In this document: one piece after another, positions 53,720 to 64,000 of the stretch
Layout: every line of letters starts with the position of its first letter
Numbering within the stretch: position 1 is the first letter of the stretch
The notes under the pieces: model-generated
The model's input: the letters and a program-made list of their open reading frames with translations, nothing else
Database searches by the model: none
What the model was told of the DNA's origin: nothing
From: Candidatus Gottesmanbacteria bacterium
GTDB taxonomy: Bacteria; Patescibacteriota; Microgenomatia; UBA10105; UBA927
Assembly (NCBI GenBank): GCA_963711735.1
Contig: CAVQFA010000005.1
Span: forward strand, 135,525 to 199,524
Length of the DNA stretch: 64,000 nucleotides
Direction of reading: 5' to 3'
Translations under genes and position numbers: made by a program

Positions 53720-54598
53720 TTATTTTTTTTGTTCACGTTCGGCTTTCAGAAATTCGTTTTCACCCCATGATTTCACAACCTCATCACTTACCGGAGTTCC
53801 CAACTGCCACATGAATTCAAACAGGGAAAACAGGCTTTTGGCAAGGGAGGAACTCGCAATTTCCAAACCCCAGCTTTCGTCCTCCTCAATGCAGATGATT
53901 CTCGTATACGAGCCTTTTACAATAATCCGCTGTTTGATGTCCCATATTGGATTTTCTATATAGCGGTAGTGAATTGCCTTTATATAGTCAGGATTATGCC
54001 CATACTGGTAGGATATGACATGACGTGACCAGTCAGAAAGGGGAAACAGTTCTCGGGGAGTGCATTTCAGTTTCATTTTCGTTCTATTCATTTTCTGGAC
54101 GTCAACGTTAATAAAGTCCCGTCCGAACGCATCCATCGGTGTCTGATAATCCCATCCGACTTGGGGGATATCCGTATTGTCAGAGTCTGTCGCCACATAC
54201 ACCTTTTTTGCTCCCTCAATCCCGGGGTAGAAATGGAAATCTGCATTTGCTCCTGCGGTTTTGTGATAATCGGACTTAAGGTCGGGCAGGATATTGAGGA
54301 TATCCGATTCGAGATGAAAAAGACTTTTGCGCCGGTCCCAGATGATTTTCCGAAGAACAGAAGGATTTTTGGCCTTGATTTTTGTCTGCTGCTTCGTAAT
54401 TCCGTCGCTCCGCTCGAGTTCCACAAGCCCTTTAAGTGACAGATTTGTGATGATTTCATACACGGTTGTCCGGGGTATTTTGGTTGCCTTAGCAAGAGCA
54501 AACGGATTGGTGCTCTCGTACTTCACGGCTTCTCTGTACACGAGGGCTTCTTTATCCGAGAGTCCGAACGCGGTGAGTGTCTTGGTTATCGTATCCAT
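53720..54598 (-). CDS. TrmB-family transcriptional regulator
   Basis: LTAFGLSDKEALVY...LAKATKIPRTTVYEIITNLSLKGLV wHTH, then FYPGIEG, then a PLD-like effector tail ending SLFEFMWQ. Confidence 0.88.
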   Translation of the reverse strand: MDTITKTLTAFGLSDKEALVYREAVKYESTNPFALAKATKIPRTTVYEIITNLSLKGLVELERSDGITKQQTKIKAKNPSVLRKIIWDRRKSLFHLESDILNILPDLKSDYHKTAGANADFHFYPGIEGAKKVYVATDSDNTDIPQVGWDYQTPMDAFGRDFINVDVQKMNRTKMKLKCTPRELFPLSDWSRHVISYQYGHNPDYIKAIHYRYIENPIWDIKQRIIVKGSYTRIICIEEDESWGLEIASSSLAKSLFSLFEFMWQLGTPVSDEVVKSWGENEFLKAEREQKK

Positions 54599-54606
54599 TT
54601 GAGGTC

Positions 54607-54665
54607 AGTCTACTACTGTCGGAAGTGTTCGTCAACTTTGACAGTATACGGATTTGCCCTATACT
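54607..54665. promoter_or_regulatory. Divergent sigma70 promoters with back-to-back -35 boxes and an inverted-repeat operator
   Basis: Plus strand: TTGACA (54638) N16 TATACT (54660). Minus strand: TTGACG (54635) N17 TAGACT (54612). TACTGTC-N19-GACAGTA spans 54614..54646. Confidence 0.65.
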
Positions 54666-54686
54666 GTGCGGAAAAGGAGCAGTTCT

Positions 54687-55271
54687 ATGTCACAAGAAAT
54701 AATGACGATTCAGATTTCTGAAAATACACAAGGTCGCGTAAAAAAGTGGTCTATTCCATACATCCATCCGACAGAGGTAATTACCAATCCCAATTTCCAT
54801 AATGCATTTTGGGGTGGAGATTTCACGATTCCTGCCGGTATGTCGATTGAAATTGGCGGACGGCAAACAATCGTTCAGCTCATAGGATTTCAGATGCTTG
54901 ACGGAGAGGGTGCTTTTATCGGCGGACCGGTGGATATGGATGGAAAAGGCTGGATGGGACACCGGGAGAACAAGGATGAATTTTGGTACCCTTTAACCGG
55001 CTTGGCGTCAGCATATGTGACGGATCAGGGACAAATACGACTCTTCGGGATGCAAGGACAACTGTCAGAATCACAACTCCAGACCGCTTCATTTGTTTTG
55101 GATCCCAACGGGTCACTCCGTATCACCGCAAGCGGAGAGGAAACGGACATTTCACCGATATTGACAAAACAAGGTGAGGTACACGGTACACGTTCAATTT
55201 TACATCCGTTTATCTACTTAGTCATCAAAGGTGAGCCGGTTGTCACAGTCAATGATTCGGAATTATCGTGA
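54687..55271 (+). CDS. Hypothetical protein, possible cupin fold
   Basis: GHRENKDEFWYPLTG and KQGEVHGTRS resemble cupin motifs 1 and 2. ATG 54687 lies downstream of the predicted -10. Confidence 0.55.
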   Translation: MSQEIMTIQISENTQGRVKKWSIPYIHPTEVITNPNFHNAFWGGDFTIPAGMSIEIGGRQTIVQLIGFQMLDGEGAFIGGPVDMDGKGWMGHRENKDEFWYPLTGLASAYVTDQGQIRLFGMQGQLSESQLQTASFVLDPNGSLRITASGEETDISPILTKQGEVHGTRSILHPFIYLVIKGEPVVTVNDSELS

Positions 55272-55281
55272 GGGTATCTAT

Positions 55282-56223
55282 TTACTTGCCTAAGAGCACT
55301 TTGGCTGCCTTGATGATGCGTTTGCGGAGAACGAAAAGGATAATTATTGCAATGACGATGAGTGCTGCGATCCGTATCGGGAAAACGATGAAGGTCGTTG
55401 TTGCGGTAGAACTTTCATTGAGCTTTCCACCTGAGTTGATGATGGCAAGTGCCGTGTATTTGCCGATGAGGAATTTGCTATCCCACACCACGTTTACTTT
55501 TCTTTCAGCACCTGGAAATACGTTGGTTCCGACAGCAACAACATCTTTCACTTTCTTCCCAAACATGTCAGTAATGGCAATCAAACCATGCGGACGGAGG
55601 TGAACGTTTCCGCTGTTTTTATACGAAAGCGTAAATGGAACGGGTCCGAACTCCAGAAATGATGGAGTGGTAAAATCCGTAATTGATAACTTTTCTACTG
55701 TGGGACCCTCTATTTCAATAAGAAAAAGGGAAGCAATTTCCTGCGATAAGCCTGCAGTACCGGCCGATGATTTACCGGCTGCTGTATAGACAAAAGATCC
55801 GTATCTGCCACCTGCCGCATCAGCGGATGGGATGCTCACTGTGGCTATAACCTCTCTTGCCTCATTGGGTCGAAGAGTAAATTCTGTTGTCGAGAGTTTG
55901 GTCCAGCTCGAGACTGACCATGGACCTTTTTCCGTGAGAGCCACTTGTCCTTCATCACCTGATGCGATGAAATCCTCTATACGCGCTTGTATAGTCAAGG
56001 GTTTATCGCTTTTGTTCCGTATAGATGATTTTACTTCCAGAATTTGTCCTGGTTTGGCAGTAAGCTCCTGTGACGGAGGAGACACTTCAAGACCCTGTCC
56101 TACATTGGCAGTCTGGGCGCGCGTCATTTGTGCGATGACGGAAGCTGCAAGGAGTATCGCTCCGGCGATGAGGTAGGGGAGAATTTTTAAATCTCGGTTT
56201 TCTGCAATAAGAGCACGGGACAT
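55282..56223 (-). CDS. WxL-interacting-protein-like (DUF916/DUF3324-like) two-Ig-domain membrane protein
   Basis: Signal peptide, VSPPSQELTAKPG, NSGNVHLRPHG, NVFPGAERK and a C-terminal TM with basic tail. Confidence 0.7.
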   Translation of the reverse strand: MSRALIAENRDLKILPYLIAGAILLAASVIAQMTRAQTANVGQGLEVSPPSQELTAKPGQILEVKSSIRNKSDKPLTIQARIEDFIASGDEGQVALTEKGPWSVSSWTKLSTTEFTLRPNEAREVIATVSIPSADAAGGRYGSFVYTAAGKSSAGTAGLSQEIASLFLIEIEGPTVEKLSITDFTTPSFLEFGPVPFTLSYKNSGNVHLRPHGLIAITDMFGKKVKDVVAVGTNVFPGAERKVNVVWDSKFLIGKYTALAIINSGGKLNESSTATTTFIVFPIRIAALIVIAIIILFVLRKRIIKAAKVLLGK

Positions 56224-56252
56224 AAATATTTTTGTCGGGCAGCGATTCTTAT

Positions 56253-57371
56253 TTAATACGTTGGTGTGGCAATTAAGACAACACTGCCTGTATATGCTCC
56301 CGGAGGCTGAAAGGTATCTACCTCAATTTGCCATCCAACGCGTTCTGTATCTCCAAGACCTGATCCTGGTGCAGCTATGTTATACATAACCTCTTCGGGA
56401 CTCGTTGTCGTTCCTGCCCAATTTCCGCCATCGAAACGGTTGTCATCGCCTGTAAGTAGGGAATCCTCCGTTGTGTATCCGAAAAAACCGGTATTCACGT
56501 TTTTTGTCTCACCGGTGGGTCCGCTCCAGGGAATAGGAACCGCATTCGATCCGGAGAAATTATCGATATTATTACCCGTTGCACCGTCTGAAAGGGGTGG
56601 GTCAGCATCTGCTTGAACCGTTACGAGGTATCCGTTCGTCGCGTTGCTTTTTATATTGATATCATGTGCAGCAATTTGTGGCGTGTCTGCCGTGAGTGTT
56701 CCGAACGGAATAGTAGAATCCGTCGCAGTTGTCGTGAGATCAGTTCCATTCACCTGTACACCGACTCCTGTGGCTACTGCTGTTACGTTAAATTCAAATA
56801 TGGACTGCACGTCTGCGGTGACGTAAATGGAATCTGTAGCAAGTACTGCAATTGCAGCATCAGCATAATCGATAGGATCGCTATTATCATCAAATGTTGA
56901 GATACGGACGTAGACAGCCGAATTTGCATCTGATGTATTGGTAATTCCACCGAGCGTGAACGTAACAGGATCTGTGGTTTGTGCAAGTATCGAACCGACT
57001 GTGATGCGGGCAGAATTATTGGCACCGCTTATCTGTGCGACGGTTTCACCTGAACCATCAATTCCGTCATTGGAATATGCTATACCGCCTTCTCCGGGAT
57101 CGGTATCGAGATTTGCCGGTGTACATGCTGCATTCGGATCTGAATTCGTACAAAAGTAGATATCCACAGTTTTTATTGCCGTTCCGGATGGTGATCCGAG
57201 ACTAAATGCATACGAAACATCTGCTTTTGATGCACGGGAATCGGATATTGTGACACTTGCCTCAGTAAATGTGACAGCCTGTGCTTTTTTGGCAAAAAAT
57301 GACGGAGCGAGAAGGACAATGACAAGAGAAAGAATAAGTGTGAGTGCAATAGATTTTCGAGCAGGGCGCAT
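56253..57371 (-). CDS. Secreted WxL-like surface protein
   Basis: Signal peptide ending AQA, IPFGTL...SNATNGYLVTV, and the C-terminal strand PGAYTGSVVLIATPTY. Confidence 0.65.
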   Translation of the reverse strand: MRPARKSIALTLILSLVIVLLAPSFFAKKAQAVTFTEASVTISDSRASKADVSYAFSLGSPSGTAIKTVDIYFCTNSDPNAACTPANLDTDPGEGGIAYSNDGIDGSGETVAQISGANNSARITVGSILAQTTDPVTFTLGGITNTSDANSAVYVRISTFDDNSDPIDYADAAIAVLATDSIYVTADVQSIFEFNVTAVATGVGVQVNGTDLTTTATDSTIPFGTLTADTPQIAAHDINIKSNATNGYLVTVQADADPPLSDGATGNNIDNFSGSNAVPIPWSGPTGETKNVNTGFFGYTTEDSLLTGDDNRFDGGNWAGTTTSPEEVMYNIAAPGSGLGDTERVGWQIEVDTFQPPGAYTGSVVLIATPTY

Positions 57372-57478
57372 AAATAAATCCTTTCTATATTCACTATACA
57401 GATAAAAATTTCACGGTGTCAATAGGGGATTGGTCTGAATAGAATGCGATAACGCATATTTTGGGGTAAGGAATATAT

Positions 57479-58459
57479 TCATTTCGATGAAAAGAACGTT
57501 TTGACAGCGCGTTTGATATTTTTCCGGACTGCAAGCACAAGCATGAGCATTAGGATAATTCCCGCCCAAGCACCAAATGTTGAAAGCGGTGCTATGAGAA
57601 CGGTTTGTTCGTACGGTTTCGTCCATCTGCCGTTTCCGACAGATACAGCCAGGGAGAGCCGGTAGATATTTGGTTTGGCGTTTTCAAGTATTTTTATTTG
57701 CCATGATCGGATCTTTCCGGGCAGAATGATTTTTTCCGGAATTTCCATGCGATAGGCTTTACGGGATCCCAGAAGTGGGGTAATGGTGATAAAAGGTTTC
57801 GCGCTGAAATGGAATAGGGCTGTATTTTTTACCTCAAACGATGCGTCAATCGGACCCTCTGATGAAATTGTTTGTGATGTAAATGAGAGGATTGAACCGA
57901 TTGTATCGCCCATTGCGTTGTTATCCGGAACACCAAGAGATGCGAGAACTATAACGGTAATTCTCGGAATCACGCGTGGAATTGACGTTTGTGCTTGTAT
58001 CATCGGAGCAATTGTAAGCGTCGCGTAGTATCCGCCGACTTCTACAACCGTCGGTACTTTGATGGTCAATGAAACGGTATGTGTGCCTCGAGCCGGTATA
58101 ATCGTGTCCTCTTTATCAACAACCATCCATGAAGATAGGGGAGATGCGTTCTTTTCATCCTCAGGGACGGCAACATCATCACTTGATGGGATAATACGAT
58201 CGGGTTGTATGTGAACAGGAAGGGGGATATCCGTTAGGTTATCAATACGTACTTCATATATATTTGTTTTCCCTGGTGATAATTGGATGGGGAGTATTGC
58301 AGGAGAAACCCGGATGTTTTGTTCTACTGATTTATCTTTTGATATGTTTTGATCGTTCGATTGAGCATGGGCTGAGAAAGGTATACATAATGATATACAG
58401 AGTAAGATAATAAGAGAAAATATTGAAATAAAATGCTGTTTTGCTTTATATATAGTCAT
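57479..58459 (-). CDS. WxL-interacting-protein-like membrane protein, paralog of 55282..56223
   Basis: Signal peptide ending AHA, VSPAILPIQLSPG, GGYYATL, KNTALFHFSAKP, IILPGKIR and a C-terminal TM. Confidence 0.7.
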   Translation of the reverse strand: MTIYKAKQHFISIFSLIILLCISLCIPFSAHAQSNDQNISKDKSVEQNIRVSPAILPIQLSPGKTNIYEVRIDNLTDIPLPVHIQPDRIIPSSDDVAVPEDEKNASPLSSWMVVDKEDTIIPARGTHTVSLTIKVPTVVEVGGYYATLTIAPMIQAQTSIPRVIPRITVIVLASLGVPDNNAMGDTIGSILSFTSQTISSEGPIDASFEVKNTALFHFSAKPFITITPLLGSRKAYRMEIPEKIILPGKIRSWQIKILENAKPNIYRLSLAVSVGNGRWTKPYEQTVLIAPLSTFGAWAGIILMLMLVLAVRKNIKRAVKTFFSSK

Positions 58460-58482
58460 ATTTTGATATATATTGTTCTTTA

Positions 58483-59577
58483 CTAATATTCCGGTACGAC
58501 AATGTAGAGAATTGTCGTGCTGTATGATCCTGCTTTATGACTTTCTGATGCAGTCACGCGGTATCCGATGTTAAACCATTCACCGACAATCGGATTTTCC
58601 TCTACTTTGGCCAGATGGTCAGCAACAGGGTCGCCGGGAACGTTTACGGTAAATCCTGCATATTTCGGACCGCCGTTGGTAAACCTGTCCTGAACACCAC
58701 CTGCCAGGTTGTCGTCAGTTGTCGTATATCCAAAGCCGGTTCCGGTCCAGAGGCTCGGATTTGCGTTTAAACTTCCGTACGCGTCAATTTTATTTCCATA
58801 CATATCCGTGAGAGGTCCCGTATTGTAGGCATAGACGGTATACCCGTTGTACGCGTTCGTAGACGTCGTCACTTTTGTGAATTGTGTACTGTCTGTCCAG
58901 CTGTTCGTGGGTTCGAGCGTATTGAACGTTACGGTATTTCCGCTCACTCCGAATGTGAGCGACGGAATGCTCGTTGTTGCCGCGGATGGCAGGCTCCATC
59001 CGGACTCAGTTTTATCACCGGTTCGCGCTTTTACTTTTACTGCATAGGTCGTGCTCGGATTTAAACGGGAAATAAATACTCCGGCAGTTCCGCCCCAGCC
59101 GGTTTCATAGCCGAGGAAATCTTCAATTCCAAGCGCTGAGCCGATAGTGAGGTCATCCTGGATATAGCGTGTTGTTACCCAGTCATCATCGGAAATGGCA
59201 ACAGCATATGTCGCATCGGTAGGGTTATCTCCGGTATCAATGATAATTTTAAGACGATCGTATGTGCTTCCGGGATTGGTAAATGACGGGGCATCGGGAA
59301 CATTTGCAAGCATGGTGAATACGAGACCTTGTCCGAGAATATGCGTTCCGGCTGACGCGGATGCCCCCGATTGTTCACCTGCAATTGCAGTCATGGTGTA
59401 TGCGTTTCCGGCTGATACGGAGTCATCCGTACCTCCTGCTCCGAAACCATATTGGATAAGTTCATATTTGTCACTGACCGGACCGGCAAGAACGTGTGAA
59501 AAAGGCAGAATAAATATGGATAATATTACGGCGAGTTGTGAAAAAAAAGAAATACCCATGCAATATGTAGTATACAC
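58483..59577 (-). CDS. Secreted FN3 + WxL-like surface protein, paralog of 56253..57371
   Basis: RLNPSTTYAVKVKAR (FN3), TNAYNGYTVYA, GFGYTTTD and C-terminal AGSYSTTILYIVVPEY. Confidence 0.65.
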   Translation of the reverse strand: MYTTYCMGISFFSQLAVILSIFILPFSHVLAGPVSDKYELIQYGFGAGGTDDSVSAGNAYTMTAIAGEQSGASASAGTHILGQGLVFTMLANVPDAPSFTNPGSTYDRLKIIIDTGDNPTDATYAVAISDDDWVTTRYIQDDLTIGSALGIEDFLGYETGWGGTAGVFISRLNPSTTYAVKVKARTGDKTESGWSLPSAATTSIPSLTFGVSGNTVTFNTLEPTNSWTDSTQFTKVTTSTNAYNGYTVYAYNTGPLTDMYGNKIDAYGSLNANPSLWTGTGFGYTTTDDNLAGGVQDRFTNGGPKYAGFTVNVPGDPVADHLAKVEENPIVGEWFNIGYRVTASESHKAGSYSTTILYIVVPEY

Positions 59578-59684
59578 ATAGTAGAATAGTTTTTTCTATT
59601 AAGGAAAAATATTTTTGCGGAAGCAATATAACTTTAATACTTAGCTTCAATTTTACAAATTGGTACAAGCCTATATTACTTAAG

Positions 59685-60110
59685 TTATAAAGGAATATAG
59701 AACATCGACAGACCGAACATGGCATGGAAATATTCAAATGTAGCAATTTGTCCTATACCGCGCCGGTCAGCAAGAACTGCCATGAGTGCTTTCTGAAAGG
59801 GAATTTCGTTTGATTTATCATTTGCATACAGTTTCATGGCAGCTTTTGTATCGCTTTCATCCGGATAGATGATCGTAATATTGCTTGCCATGACGGTCCG
59901 TAAAAAATCTTTGGCGATAGACGGACTGATGGTTGACGCGATGATGTGGTAGGTATCATTCATGGAAAGGAGGTCTGTCGATAGGTGATATCCTTCAAGC
60001 GCAAAATAACGGAAAAACGCAGATGCCTGATCGTGTTTAGAGTGATTTCTGTCTATAAATGCCAATAACACATCCGGTGCGAGAAATACTTTTTTACTTA
60101 TAAGCGGCAT
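59685..60110 (-). CDS. PIN/VapC-fold protein with degenerate active site
   Basis: VFLAPDVLLAFIDRNHSKH...FQKALMAVLA...IATFEYF follows the VapC layout, but the acidic residues are replaced. Confidence 0.75.
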   Translation of the reverse strand: MPLISKKVFLAPDVLLAFIDRNHSKHDQASAFFRYFALEGYHLSTDLLSMNDTYHIIASTISPSIAKDFLRTVMASNITIIYPDESDTKAAMKLYANDKSNEIPFQKALMAVLADRRGIGQIATFEYFHAMFGLSMFYIPL

Positions 60111-60112
60111 AT

Positions 60113-60406
60113 TTATTCTTCCTGATTATCCAAGTGAAAGCTTGCTCCGCGTCCTTCAAATCGGAAAAACGGATCATCATGGGTAAAAGGAATAAGCGGT
60201 ATATTTTTCCGTTCTTTTCGTTTCCGCTCTTTTGCATTTTTCGGAATAAAATCTTTCGTTATCGTATTTAAATCCGTTTCCCGGATACGTACGGCACCTC
60301 CGACTTTTACCGCTGTAAGCTTTTGTTCGCGAATATATCTTCGAATTGTGAGCGGATGAACCTTCAGGATGAAAGCAGCTTGATTGACGTTAAAGAAAGT
60401 ATCCAT
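60113..60406 (-). CDS. Excisionase-like HTH (HTH_17) DNA-binding protein
   Basis: FFNVNQAAFILKVHPLTIRRYIREQKLTAVKVGGAVRI. ATG 60406 is preferred because the predicted promoter overlaps the track start 60442. Confidence 0.88.
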   Translation of the reverse strand: MDTFFNVNQAAFILKVHPLTIRRYIREQKLTAVKVGGAVRIRETDLNTITKDFIPKNAKERKRKERKNIPLIPFTHDDPFFRFEGRGASFHLDNQEE

Positions 60407-60423
60407 ATGTAAATATATATAAT

Positions 60424-60485
60424 AATATACAATAATATGCAAGTTTTGTCAATAGTTGACTGTAATTATAATAAGTATTTATTCT
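60424..60485. promoter_or_regulatory. Divergent promoters with back-to-back -35 boxes (HTH-PIN operon versus fibre 4)
   Basis: Minus strand: TTGACA (60452) N17 TATATT (60429). Plus strand: TTGACT (60456) N18 TATTCT (60480). The core GTCAA-TAG-TTGAC is palindromic. Confidence 0.6.
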
Positions 60486-60490
60486 AATAG

Positions 60491-64000
<3,510 letters not shown>

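Overview
The window is a surface-fibre locus, most likely from a Patescibacteria/CPR (Microgenomates-like) genome. The taxon is inferred from protein style only. About half of the 64 kb (~31 kb) encodes Gly-X-Thr collagen-like repeats in four giant + strand genes. Fibre 1 (<1..18435) is 5'-truncated, and its 5' part carries many indels that look like consensus artefacts. Fibre 2 (25010..38164) is 4384 aa with two N-terminal MerR-like HTHs and one TM helix. Fibre 3 (40270..50082) is 3270 aa with a glycine-rich tip and a C-terminal SH3b. Fibre 4 (60506..>64000) has a signal peptide and is absent from the ORF track because it runs off the window. The three visible C-termini share one plan: collagen stalk, a different tip domain, a phage-type D-x-A-E autocleaving chaperone (peptidase G2-like), then a shared C-terminal beta domain and a Pro/Thr tail. 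Between the fibres lie a three-gene minor type IV pilin operon, a TMTC-like GT-C/TPR glycosyltransferase, an HTH-multiTM-Cache one-component sensor coupled to fibre 3, two paralogous small membrane proteins (one with LytR_C), an FN3/carboxypeptidase-regulatory membrane protein, a cupredoxin-like protein, TrmB, a cupin, two WxL-like/partner pairs and an HTH plus degenerate PIN pair. No rRNA, tRNA, CRISPR array or transposase was seen. Most long Q/P-, R/N- and V/A/P-rich ORFs in the track are shadow frames of the collagen repeats. All domain calls are by eye from motifs and need HMM or structure confirmation.
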